Source of the DNA: Fimicolochytrium jonesii
Taxonomy: Eukaryota
NCBI RefSeq assembly: GCF_025526975.1
Contig: NW_026515685.1
Span: forward strand, 372,001 to 436,000
DNA length: 64,000 nt
Direction of reading: 5' to 3'
A program made the translations under genes and the position numbers. Positions 38,263 to 51,026 of this stretch are shown in pieces (position 1 is the stretch's first letter; each line of letters begins with the position of its first letter). The notes beneath the pieces were generated by a model that was not told where the DNA came from, searched no databases, and worked only from the letters and a program-made list of their open reading frames with translations.

Positions 38263-39369
38263 TTATTGCCGTAGGGATGCTGATCTGAGGCAGCGCTTGG
38301 TCGTTTTTCCTGTAACTGTTCCTGGGCCTACGTTTCCCCCGTCATAAGTTTCCGCAGTCGTCTTTGTCGCAATGAAAGGCGCTCGCTTACCTTTCCCAAC
38401 GAGATGCTCTGGCCCCAGATCCTCAATCCGATATCCGCACTTATAAGTCGGTTTATAGGCATGAATCTTCGGCACGTACTTCCCATTCTCGTCCACTTTA
38501 TCGGCAGCCTGCAAATGCGGCGTCCGTCGCGGCAACATGCAGTGCCTCGCAACCATCTTGGCCGTCCACCCAACCACTTCCAATGACCACGTATACCCTC
38601 GAACTGGCGTGCTGAAGCCCATCGCGTCACGTAGGCGCTGGTCACATAGTGCGTGGACGACTTGGGTGGCGATGGGCCGTAGGAAGGCGGGGATGATGGA
38701 GAGGAACAACGCCGACGTCGATTCGGCCAATGCAGCGTTGTGCTCGGAGTACCGCATGTGGGTTCGTTCATACTGCTCTTCGAATCGGCACATCGCCTCG
38801 TAGGAAGTAGGGATCTCTCTGATTCCCATCTCGGTGGCGATGTGGACCCACACGTGGTAAATAGCGTTTTTCTCCTTGGTCGTCAACGACCTGTAACCGA
38901 ACCGCTCGATCCACTTGCCCGGCTCGCAGATGAACGTTGTCAGCACGTAGAGGTAATCGTCGTTGTTGATCGGGTAGAGGGAATGGATGTAGTTCATGCG
39001 TTTCATGGCCGCTCCACATCGAGCGGGTTCGTTGAAGTGCTCGAGGATCTCGGCCAAGAGGAAGGATGTATCGTCGTACCTCCTGTTGCAGCGTTGCGTC
39101 ATTTCCTTCGTCGAGCACAGCGTCTTGGCGATGGAGGGGATGCCGTACGTTCGGAATAAGGCAAACTCGAGCGCTTTTTGGGTGATGAATGGGAAGTCCC
39201 AGAAAGCGATCTTTTGGTAAATGGCCATGCCAGAAGGGCCATCGGTTGGGTCGGGCATCTTCTCGATTTCGCGTGCAAGGCGGTATCGAAGAAATTTGAC
39301 CGTCAGAAGATATGCGGCGATGGCGACCACGGCGGTCGCCAGAGAAAAGGGAATTTGAATGACCTCCAT
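38263..39369 (-). CDS. DUF2236 / ER-bound oxygenase (mpaB-like); intronless
   Basis: N-terminal TM; FPF...ALEFALFRTYGIPSI, RRYDDT, RMNYIH..Y.INNDDYLYVL..F..EP..WIERFGYR, MGIREIP. Confidence 0.85.
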   Translation of the reverse strand: MEVIQIPFSLATAVVAIAAYLLTVKFLRYRLAREIEKMPDPTDGPSGMAIYQKIAFWDFPFITQKALEFALFRTYGIPSIAKTLCSTKEMTQRCNRRYDDTSFLLAEILEHFNEPARCGAAMKRMNYIHSLYPINNDDYLYVLTTFICEPGKWIERFGYRSLTTKEKNAIYHVWVHIATEMGIREIPTSYEAMCRFEEQYERTHMRYSEHNAALAESTSALFLSIIPAFLRPIATQVVHALCDQRLRDAMGFSTPVRGYTWSLEVVGWTAKMVARHCMLPRRTPHLQAADKVDENGKYVPKIHAYKPTYKCGYRIEDLGPEHLVGKGKRAPFIATKTTAETYDGGNVGPGTVTGKTTKRCLRSASLRQ

Positions 39370-40083
39370 GACTGTATCGTGGCGCTTTCTCGCCCTTTCT
39401 GGTTCACTATGAGCTTATGCTCTCCCGGCTTGGGGGGCGAGGGGGAGGATGCCGTGCAAAGCATCCTTTTTATACGGAATGTCCTCCCTCACAAGTGTCA
39501 CAACGGATAGTTGGAGGAGGGAGCGAGCGGTCCAAAAACAGAGGATCATGGAAGGGCGAGACTCGCCTCGAACGAAGTCTTTGCGCGTCGAGGCCTCGAA
39601 GGGGTTCGTTTGTCACTCCGACCTCGGACTCGCGGAGCCTGGCCGGTTGGCGCCCTATCACCCGTGCCCGCCGGTATCGCAGCAGCGGGAGACACGGGAC
39701 CAGTCACGTGACACCCAGAGCTACTGTACTCGCACGACTGCTTACGTGTACGAAAGACGCGGTGCCCAACGCGTTCAAGTTGAGGGACGCTACGAGAGAG
39801 AGCATGACGGACAACTTCAGAAGAGCGCTTGTGGCTGCGAGACTGAGCGTAGAATCGGTGCTCCAACGAACAGGAGGGCAGTTCACCATTGTGACGCTGG
39901 CTGGTGCATGCATCAGGACAGGAGAGACATTCGTAAGGAGAGAAGGAGAATCGTAAGTATCGTACGACTGTGCGCAAGACGAAGGAGGAGGGATCCAAGG
40001 GAAAGGCAGTTACTACAGTTTCGCATCTTCTCCATTATCCATCTATTGGGAAGAAAGGGTCTATCGCAGTTCCCAACCATCTA

Positions 40084-40197
40084 CTAGTCGCCCTGCAACG
40101 GAAAACAAGCGTATCCCTTGTCGCAACTGCTCCGCTAATCTCCTGGCGTATCTACTTCGGCATAGAAGCTATAGGTGTCTAAGTGTCTCTGGTATAT
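40084..40197 (+). repeat. 114-bp direct repeat, copy 2
   Basis: Two substitutions relative to 34963-35076. Confidence 0.95.
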
Positions 40198-40262
40198 CTA
40201 AGGTATCTACGCCGTCTTCGTCCTGCGCCGCGACCTCTATTTGGGAACTGTTTGAAAAACTC

Positions 40263-42727
40263 TTACGCCACGCCCGCTATGGGCGGCTGTTGACCAGCAC
40301 GCGCCGCAGCCAAAGGCCGTTCTTCTACGATGTCGTCCAAACCAGACTTCGTGACGCTGCAGAATACCGCCTCCCCAACACCTCCAACCGTCTTCGTCAT
40401 TGTCAAAGCCACCATCTCCGCCCCACAGCAGATACACATCGCGCGTTCTTGCGGGTTCGCATGAAAGCAAGCCGTACACCGCCTGCCACCAAACTTCCCC
40501 GGCGTCCGCGCCTCCTTGTTCGGATCATGGTTGATCTCATCGTCGAGGTGGCGAAAGATACGGGCGTACTTTGTGGCGTGCGAGTAGGATTCCACGATCG
40601 TCTTCTTGTACCGATTGCATATCTCTTGCACTTTATCGGCCACCTCATCGGCGATGACCGTGTTGGGCGGACCCATGATGAGAGGGAACACTTCGGCGAT
40701 GAAAGATTTGAAGAGGGGTGTGGAGCACCCGAGGCCCCAGCCGATCTCGGCCAGCGAGTAGCCATGAGTGTAGTTCTTTGACTGGTGCGGGAAAAGAGAC
40801 GGTTGTCAGTCAGATCTTTTAGGGCTTCTGACCAAGCACGGGAGACTTACAATGTTTCCTAGCATATTTCCCAACATAATGGGGAAAATAGCCATGAAAA
40901 ATCTGGGATCCCTGAACATACTGTTTAACAGTACATCCATGTCCCTCATGCCGGGGATATGCTTGTCAGCCATGCACGCCTGATACTCCTCCGCAACCTC
41001 TTCCGGCGAACTCTCGTTCCTCAATCGCTTCCTCGTCAGCGTCGCGGCCAGCACGGCCTGCGGCAACGCAATAAGGTTGATCCCCGGCGAAAACAGCGGC
41101 GAGGTGAAGCCCGACGCGTTACCGAGGGCGAACCAGCCCGGTCCCGCTATGACTGTTCTGTAGAACGACATGGCTTTGCGTGCCTGGTAGGTACCGAGGA
41201 GGGGGCCGTAGTGGTTGGGTATGACCTCGTAGCGCCCGCTGTCGCGAAGGATGCGTTCGACAACAGGGTATTTGTGCACGACGCCCCAGAAGCGTTTCTC
41301 GTTCTCTGACGCTGTACTCGGGACGTACGGGGCGTTTGAGAGGGAGGGAACGGACTCGGTGCGGAGGGTGAAACCGATGGAGACTATCTGCTCGAAGGGG
41401 CAGTTGAATTGGGTGGAGAGGGTCGCGATGGGTGGGATGAGGGAGTCTGGAACGCCGGCTTCGTCGTTCTCGAGGAGGTACGTGATGAGATCCATGAGGT
41501 TTGCGCGCTCAGACTTTTCCCAAGAGATGAGGCGGCTGTGATAAAATGGACATGAGAAGATCGCTTATCAAATTCACCAAACTGATACAAAGCGCAAACG
41601 TACTCACATCCACCACGACCATCCATCCTTGAAGCAAATATGATTCGTCCCGCAATACATCCAATCCTTCAATTCCGTTTCCTCCTTACGCACATCTTCC
41701 TTGAAGTACGCCCAGTAGGCGTCAAAGTTCATTCCGTCAAACTTCTTGATCTCCCCAAAATTCTGGACGGCTGTATGCGTCAGACCCGACGCATCGGCGA
41801 TGACTTGGGCTTTGATGTAGGAGGGTGCGACGGTGTTCGCGGTATCTCCATGGAATGTGCGGAGTAGTTTGCCAAGCCAACCACGCTTCGCCGGGGTTTG
41901 ACTCTGCTCAGCGGGAGATGTGTGCATATCGCTGCTCTCGTCCACCGACTGCTCCAACGAGAACAGTCTCGTGGCAGCCCGTGCGGCATCGGCGGCCTGC
42001 GCTGGGAGAATATCGAGGGGCATCCGAGCCAGCTTGTTGGGCGGCGATGCAGTCTTGAACGACGAAGCTCTGTAGTTGAAGCGGACGGTTTTCTCATCAT
42101 CGGCGGTGAAATTCGATGTCCTGCCATTCACTCCAACCCCGTAGAAAACCTACAGCGCGGAGATAATGGTGAGGATGAAGTCATGATCAGATCATCAACG
42201 GCGAGAAAGCATACCTTAATGCCAGCCCTCTGCGCCTTCAAAGTCAAAAGCAGCTCCGAGACCTTGCGTTCAATCTGGAAGGAGTAATCTACACCCCCAA
42301 TATCCTGGTACTCTACGCTCTTCCCCTCTTCATCAACATGAACAAAATCCAATCCATCCTTCAAATGAAACAGGCGAAGCATGTACGCCACGCTCATGAT
42401 ATCCGACACGCTGAATCTCGAGAACGGCGACAGCGTGGATTCGCCGATCTTGTATGTCGGGCCGGTTGACCGCTCGAGGACCACGATGCTGGCTTCTGGC
42501 ATGATTCGCTTAAGGTGGATGGCGTAGAGGAGGCCGGCGACGCCGGCGCCGATGACGACCACATCTGCCCGTTTCGGTAAGATGGGCTCTGTGGTGACAT
42601 CAATGGCGCCAGATTTGATGTCGTCGAGGGGTAAGTTGTTGGAGTTGATGAGTTGAGCGGTGGTTAGTCCTGGATGCTCCTTGAGCAAATCGGCGAACCG
42701 GGTCTTTGCAGGCAGCGGGCCGGTCAT
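40263..42727 (-). CDS. Flavin-dependent halogenase, MalA-like; 4 exons (introns ~42214-42150, ~41607-41537, ~40850-40783)
   Basis: INSNN, DVVVIGAGVAG, YKIGESTL, YMLRLFHLKDGL, QIERKVSELL, DASG, TNHICF.DGWSWWIRL.SWE, GNASGFTSPLFSPGIN, and C-terminal CTAC-x10-CICC. Confidence 0.85.
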
Positions 42728-43893
42728 TGTTCGAAAATAGACAGATTTGGCGACAGCTTGCTAAGGCAAGTGGTGGCGAGTCCCAGGTTGTCCTGTACCT
42801 GCCTTCTTCCTTTATGCCCGGCTGGTCGGCTGCCTGGGGAGGATTCAGGAGTTACATATGATATACTGTACAGCGCGGCGGAGGAGGCGAGTCAGGTTGC
42901 ATTCCTGCAGTTTGCCTGGGCCGTTCCCAACGTGGGCATGTGGGTGGGGTAGTGGGGTTGATCTGTTCAGCATTATTTCATTTCACTCGACGCCCACAAG
43001 TTGTGGATCCCACACGACCATTCACGAATCGACGTTCTTGAACTTGAACTTGGCACGCCGAGTAGTAGTTCATTCATACAGTTCCATGGACTCCCAGATC
43101 CAGGATCCATGGTCGCCGCCTTGCTTCTACGTCATAACCGCCGCCGCTTATCGCTACTCAGCGTTCTACTGGGCGCTCGGCCCTCGCCCATCTCGGATAC
43201 TGTAGCAGTCTGCGATAGAATGCAACTGTGCAAGTTCGCACGATGCAGCCTGTGGACTGTTGATGAGGCTGCAACGTGCCAGCTGCTACGGCGGCCAAAC
43301 AAACGCAGTCAGGAAACGGGAGAGAGGGGAGAGTCGAAACGGAGTGGCACGATGACCCTCACTTATCCTCTCGATCTCGAAGTCACTTCGGAGACGCGCC
43401 GGGACTCAATCTGTGGAAATGCTTAGGTGACTGACTGCCTTGGAACGCCATCCATAGACCGCATATCCTTGGAAGAGGAAAGCACGCAGGTCATGGGCAG
43501 GGGTGACCGGTGAATACTGGACCGATGCGCAGGAGGCAGAAGTTTGGGAACAGTCGGTGAACGTGGCGGATTGGGCGGCCTTAGTCGAAACTTCAGCTCA
43601 CACGAGGAGGTGGGGATGGAATGCGACTCGATCTGACTTTCGCGAGCGTTCAAGTTGGTTTGGCATCCACAGTTTGGGTGACCGCGCGGGGGCGAGCCTC
43701 TATTTAGCCATTCGTCTACTTGTGCCTGCTTACATTTAGAAGCTGGACTTCATATTCATATTACATCAGTTTTCTACGCCCAGATGCTGCTGCACCTGTA
43801 ATCAAAGTATATTGAGTGTGCCCGCCGGAGTTTCAACCGTGAACGCATATTCGAGCAGAAATTCTCGGCCAGCTAAATGCGTGGTGCCATGCC

Positions 43894-46800
43894 CTAAACC
43901 TGCAGTTCCTCCAAATGCAGGGAGGGGACGCTCCCTCGTCGGAAACCCAGGCCAAGCCCGAGCCGCTTGTCGCGGACAACCCTCCACCAGGTCTCGATTG
44001 TTTTCCTGGAATGAGTAAAGAAAATGTCAAGGTGGGTAAATTTGCTCGAGACGACTAAAGCGCCATACCTCAGAACGTCTTTCGATGCGGGCTTTAGCAG
44101 GTAGCCGTCGGCTCCGGCTGCCATGCACTCGAGGTAGTCTTGATGGAGGGCATTCGCTGTCATCGTGACGATCGCGGGCCGCTCGTCGTCGGAATACGTT
44201 TGCAGAATCTGTAAGGGGTTTGGTATGTTCATAACAAAGGACGAAGTTTGATGACGACGATAGGATCATCTTACATTCCGTGTGGCTGTCAGTCCGTCCA
44301 TGACCGGCATGCAGACGTCCATCTGCGAAAGGTAAGGGAATGCTCGGGGTTACTGCTCTGCATTCCTTTCTCACTTAAGACAACCAAAGTTGGGTACCCA
44401 CAAAGATTAGAACGGGCAATGGTTCTCCCGCCTCTTTCATCCGTGTTAGAATGTCCAGGCATTGCTGGCCGTCCGACGCCGTTACTGGCAATTTCTGTGT
44501 GATCTTCGATAGAAGTTTTGAGACGGCTTTCAGGTTGATGGAATTATCTAGGTGTTGCGCAAAACTGTGAGCATGAGCATTGAATGGATGAACTTCATCG
44601 CGATATTACCATCGACAAGCATAAGCGAGATCGGGTTTCCATCTTCATCTAGCAGAGGGGTGTCCGGCGCAGCGGCCACAGCAGGCTTCCGTGCCAAGGT
44701 ATACGCACCTGCCTCTTGGGCATAACCGCATATCAGTTCACCAAATTGTCGCCTAGCCACGCTCACCCTGACCGGATCCGTGATGGCGATTACCCGGCCC
44801 GGAACCAAAACGCCTTTCAAAGCATCTCGTTGTTCCCGTGGGGCGATTATCGCGACCCGGCACTGGACCGACGCCCTGTTTATGAAATCGCGAACCTCGA
44901 CAGACTCGAAAAGGTTGAAGTCTGTAATCAAGGCGTCGATTTTGGCGCCGCGATTGGTCGCTTGCGCCAGCATGCTCGTGGCTTCTGCTAATGTCTCTGC
45001 CTCGACCGATTTCCCTGTGATGCTCATCACCATGCTACGACACAGCTCGCGCATACGTGTCCATTCACTGAGGATCAAAACACGCTTGCCGGCAATGCTC
45101 ACAGTGCTCTTATCCTCAGTGTCTGGGATGTGGGCCAAATCTTCATGGCTCAGACTAGTAAGGCAGGCAGAGAAGTAGAAGGTAGAGCCTTTCCCCGGTT
45201 CGGAGCTGACGCCCGCTTCGCCATCCATCATCGTCACCAATTCTTTGACGATTGACAGACCAAGACCAGTCCCACCGTACTGCCGGGATGTGCTTGCCGT
45301 CGCCTGTAAAAGTGTGATAGTTAACAGCTGCCTGTTTATTACGCATCATTTGTAATCTTCTAGTTACCTGTTTGAACGGTTCCCATAACTGCTTCTGATT
45401 TTCCGGGGAAATGCCGATACCGGTATCACTAACGGAGAACCGCAAGAACATACGCTGCCCTGGCGGGTCTGATCCTACTTCCGCGTTCAAACTGCCCGCA
45501 ATGCTATCCTGGGTGCTGTCGTGGCTTCGACGCCGCAGAAGGCTCCCCTCCCTGCGAGACACCTTCCTGTTATCACTCCCCCGACTGAGACCCGAGACGG
45601 ATCGCGTTCTTCGTGTTGCACGCTCAACTCGGATGAACACAGAGCCTGTCTTAGTGAACTTCAGCGAGTTCGTACATAGGTTAATGAGAGCCTGCCTGAT
45701 GCGTAATGGGTCGCCTTTCACCCAGGCGTCTACATCGGCGTCTACATAACCTCCAATGCGAAGACCCTTTTTATGTGCCTGCGGAGCCATCAGCTCCAGC
45801 ACGTCCTCTACTTGGGCGGCGAGGCTCAACGGGATGCTCTCGAGTGTCATCTCGCCAGCTTCCAGCTTTGCCAGATCTACACAAAGGGGTTAGGAGACGT
45901 GACGGAGAAATGCATGCCAAGTTCATAGTGGAAAACTTGAGCGTACCCAGAATGGAGTTGATGAGTGACAGCAGTGTGTCGTTTGACATTTTGATTGTTT
46001 GAAGAAGGTCGGCCTGCTCCGCATCCAGGCTGGTTTCCAACAGTAGGTTGATCATAGTAAACGTGGCCGACAATGGGTTGCGGATTTCGTGCCCGACTTG
46101 TCTCACCCTGTTGGAAAAGGAACGACCATAATATCAGCCCTGGCTGCTGTTGTTTCTCCCCCAGGAGAAAACTGAGTAAAGTAACTTACCATGCGCTTTT
46201 ATGGCTTGACTCCATCTCCGCCTCGCGCTGTTTCGTAATATCCCGGAATACGCCCACGACCCTTCGGACCTGGTGCGTTCCGTCCATAGGGATAACTGGC
46301 AGGGTATGAAGCGCTATGTGTCGCGGCTTAGGGTTCGGAAACCTCTCCGCGGCAGCGATGCGGAAGGAGATATCCAAAGGATGCTTTCGGCGATCTGCAA
46401 ACAAAACGCCGGTGCCCGCACGGTCTTCTGGCAGTACCCGCTCGAGCCAGCATAACGGGTCCTGCTCCAGTTCTTCAAAAGAAATTCCGAACAATTCCGG
46501 GAACGCGGCCGATGCGTATATGAGATGCTCAGGGTAGACGATCTCAGGATGGGGCTCTGCGGGTGCTTTTGCCGGTGATGGCCGCTTAGCGACCCTGCTC
46601 ACCTCAAGTCGATGGAGCGAACCTTTCGATGGGGAGCGGGTCGGCGATTTCAGCAAGCCGGACCTCGCGTGAACTTGGCTCAGTGACCCTGTCCGCGATG
46701 TCATCGGCTTGCGATTGATGATAGAAGTAAGCTCCGTTGTCTCGTAAATGAAAAATGCCTCGTCCGTTGTGTCCGTGAGTTGCCTGAACTTCTCTTCATT

Positions 46801-48388
46801 CGCTCGGAGGTTCGCTTCGGCGTTTTGAACGAGTTCAATCTTGTCAAGCAGTTCGTTATTAGCGTCCTCCAATTTCGCTTCCTTCTCCAACAGAGAGGCG
46901 ACTAGGGCATTTAACGATGTTGACAATCGGGCCACCTCATCATGCCCCTTTATCACAGGAATCTGTGCTATCGTCGCCCGTTCATGACGGATTTCGTCTG
47001 CGGCGCGCGCGATCCTTTCGAGCGGTGCCGTCATGACTTGAGCCATGAGGTAAGAGGTGATAACGAGCATAACAACCGCGCAAACTTGTCCAACCCAAAC
47101 GAGGAACACCATGCGATTGGGCACTGCGAAGGCCATGTCTTCCCGGTTCTGCACAAGGATGGTCCTGACCCAGTCATGGATAGAGATGAGTGGAGAAAAC
47201 GGATCACGTCCTTATGCTCCGAACTCTCACCAGTTCATATTCACACCCATTTTCCCATCCGTTCGGGCGTAGCCAACCACATAATTAGTCCCGTTTGGCC
47301 ATCGTTCCACATTCGATCCTGCAGACTCTCGAAGGGCGAGCTGCGACGCAGAGTTAGGGCCCGTTGCTATACTGCAAGAAATCATATAGTAAGCGTGACT
47401 CCTCTGGCCAATTACGCTCACTGCATTTCGTACGCGAAAGGCTTAACGCCTCCAATTCTGTCCGCCGTTGTTCCATTTATCTCCGCCGCATTACCTTTTC
47501 ATTGTGACATTGTTATCTGTCGGAGCATATACGGTGTCGAACGAATTCACGATAAACATCCGGAGAGCCGCATGTCGCTCACCCTCCCCAGTAGGCAGCA
47601 CCAGTTGCTCAACGGCGTCCAGGACCGAAACATTGATGTGAGCGCCAATCACGCCTATTTGTGAGTTGCTCGCATCGAAGAGCGGGACCGCCACATCTAG
47701 TAGTCGGAGTGGTTCTGACAAGTTCAATGCCTTTTGCAATAGCAAAGCACCGTGGACGTCTCCGAGGTACGGCGGGGCATTTGGGGTGGAGTTCTTGCAC
47801 GCCCCAAACCAAGGCCGAGCTGAGACATCCACATCCTGCAGGAGTCCCCCAGTTGCTGCCTACAAGAAAGAAATGGGCGGAAACTCGTCGGTAGGGAACA
47901 GTAATAATAGGGAAAGTTGTGTAACGGACCTTCACTTTCCCAGATGTGCCGGCTATTCCAATCCATGAGTAATAGGTGTACGTACTCTTCAATTCGTCCA
48001 AAATATTTTGCAGCGTACTCGAATTTGTTGATGCATCCTTCACAAAGGGAAGAGTAGATACGATGCGGATGTCGCGATATCTGGCAAATATAGTATCATC
48101 GACAGTCCGTGCGATGGTGGTCGCCATATCGGTGAGGACGTCTCCCGCCTCTGTTTGCATCGTTGGGACTATGGTAAACCGAATGAGGATAACGGCTATG
48201 CTGACGAAGACAGTGGCGACCGCAGAGGTGCTCATCGCTACCCTGGTTTTGAAAGAGTATCTCGGATCGAAGCAGCGAACAAGTTGCAACGCTCTCGCCA
48301 GGATGGGCCGAGGCTCGACGAGCGGTTCACCGCTTTCATTGTCTTGCGAAAATGGGTAGTTATGCAAAATTCGGAAAGTCGGACTCAT
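43894..48388 (-). CDS. Hybrid histidine kinase: TM-dCache-TM-HAMP-PAS-like-HisKA-HATPase-degenerate REC-REC; many introns; start uncertain
   Basis: GHEIRNPL (H-box), [45 protein letters not shown]; receiver [37 protein letters not shown]...DEVARL. Confidence 0.9.
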
Positions 48389-51026
48389 ATTCGGACAAAC
48401 CTCTGTGCTTCGCTCCTGCGTTTTCGCTATACGGAAAATTGTGCCCAGATGAGAGGTAGCCACACAGCGCCCGCACAGGACATGACGACACACTTACGGG
48501 AACACCAGGGAAGTATTAACATTGCCAGTAGAACCAAGCTGCGGGTCGGAACCACTCAAGGGGTCATATTTCTTTTTATCTGACTGTGCGCCGACAGTTT
48601 GGATGATCTCTGCTTTAAGAAACGTGCCCCGTTCTACGCTGCTAAGCTCCGATGTTCCCGAAATCTGCGGGATGGGCTGCGTGTGTGAATACATCGAAAT
48701 AAAATGTCTCTGTGAATCCAAAGCAGGCGAAAGTAGATATTGGGAATACTATTGCTCACCTCCCATTGGATTTTATTCCCCATATCGGTCTCTAAACATG
48801 CGAAGGAAATCGGAGACAGGGTTTGGCTTAGAAGTGCATGGGGAGACGGGTTTACACGGAAGTGACACACCTTACTTATTATGCTTGTAACAAAGAAGGT
48901 TAGGCGTATCGTCCCCTTTGGCTGGGAGTTTCCCCCTCGTTGGATGCGTCAAATGACATTGTGTCTTCCAAGTTAGGAACGTTCCATGCCTGCTTGCAAC
49001 TGTCGAAAACGGAGTTGGGGTGGAACCGTCATACCGCGTCGAAGATTATCGTAGGTCGTGACTCGTGTTTGTCATGGTGTGGGTTCCATCAAAGCTTAGG
49101 CTCGGACCTCCCGGTGATACCATCTAGACACCATCTATATACCTAGGCGTAGACTGGTTTGACATGGACGCCAATGCGGGGAATGCCTGCTTTGGGGTTA
49201 GATGTAATTGCCTGTCTGATTGTCTGTCATAGTGGTTCCATCAGTATACAAAGCCACTCCCATCTGGACGGAGACCACGGCGTAGGCGGTATTGGAACGA
49301 AAGATCAGATGCCCTCGTAGAGAGACTACTATTACCGAGTTGGCCTTGAACGGAAGTGCCTTTCCTCAATGTACGTACCAGAACAAAGCCGCAAAATCGA
49401 GAGGTATTGCGCGGAACCCCAGCTCCCAACAGCAAACGGCTCGGTTTGCGGGAACACCATATCGAAAATGTGCTCGTGCGTATATGCCGGTAAGCTCCAT
49501 CTAGCCCAATTTTCAAAAACAGCAGTCAATGGGGAGCACCCACCCTTTTAGTCGCATGCGAGGTGTAATTTGACAGATTCGGTCCATCCACGGCCAAGGA
49601 CCTACGGGATGCCGCAGCCCCGCTCCGGAGGCAATAAGTGCCTTTCCAGCCCATATTGGGCACGTTTAGGCCGGCCGTTCGGCCGGGGGGAGAAGATGCC
49701 GCCGAAGAGCAAGGCGTTGGTGCGAGCGCATTGAAGATCGTGTACACACTGGACTGAAGGTCCATGGTTCCGATCCGGGATCAGCCTTTGAGTCAACAAA
49801 GAGCGGGCAAAGTGGGAGAAGCGCACATATCGTTGCCAGTGTGAAACCCGGGATTAAGACAGCAAACGAGCGGGCGGTGGGGAGAGACCCCGATTGGCGC
49901 TTTTCCAATCCACTCGGGACGGAGAGTTTATGTATTCGTCAACAGCTGACGTCTATGCCAGTACTTGAATCCCAGTTTGTTTGAGGCAAAGCAAAGGGCA
50001 CGGCGGTAAGGAGAGCCCAACCACCGGCGGCGGGGTTGGGATGGTACGGAAAATGCTAGCCCTTCATGGAAGTAAGGGACGCTCAAATGGAAGGACCGGG
50101 CACTAAATGGATGAGGATGACTCTCGGGCACGGTCATAATGTCAATTTGGCCGCCCACTGTCGGTAAAAAGATGAGCCTGCACTTGTGTTACACGGGCCA
50201 GCGCAATTTACCAAGTCCACAACACCCGCAGCCCGGCGGACATTCCAAAAAAGACGAGAGTTTTATGTCACCAGCACGCCGAACAGGCGGCCATAGCGAT
50301 GTCCGCCTCATTTCGCCAGGAACCCAACAAACAGTGCAAAACATATGGAGGCCTTTTTGCGAGGAAAATCCGCTAGGAGGGATTTTTGCGAGAGATATAT
50401 AAAGCGAGCTCCTACTCTGGCCGGCCGTCGAAGGAAAGTATCCTGCCCTTCCTGTACTCCGTTGGCAATATGCTGCAATTTTCGATGACGTGCAAAGCTC
50501 GTTGCGCGTAAGAGATCCGTCATCTGAGACAAGCCTTTCAAGACGGCACGGCACGTTCAGCGGCGTCCGCCAACGGCCTTTCAATCGCCCGACTGTCTCT
50601 GCACACTACGAATCGATGATGCACAGTCGATGATGTCCAGCGTATGTTAAGCACCACGGATACACTGCCCGACGCCCGAATAGCTTTCGAATGTGCGGCC
50701 ACGAGCTCGTCAACAAAGGAGGTGGCGAGAAATCTTTCTCATGAAGGCCGAATTTTCCGCCACGATACCGAAGCTTGAAAGAATGACTTCCACATGATCA
50801 GATTTCGAGCTTTCTGCGTGGTCTTGCGCCATCACTCCGCTGCTCCGCAGAGTCCGCACCATGCATGGCAGTGGGCGAGTAGCCGCTGGCCGTGAAAGTC
50901 TATAAAAAGGAGGGCGGGTCGCCGGCTCCGTTTGTCTCCCAGCTCAAGTTTCCTGCCTCGCTTAACCTCATCGCCAACCGCCCTCCATACTCCCACCTCC
51001 CACCTATCAACTAAACGATTCTGAAA

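Noticed and set aside
34963..40197. LTR retrotransposon interpretation of the direct repeats
   Set aside because: No TG...CA termini, no obvious target-site duplication, and no gag/pol remnants.
48500..50900. Long region with only short ORFs between divergent genes
   Set aside because: No RNA gene, repeat or protein motif recognised by eye; it may hold promoters or unrecognised 5' exons of the kinase.
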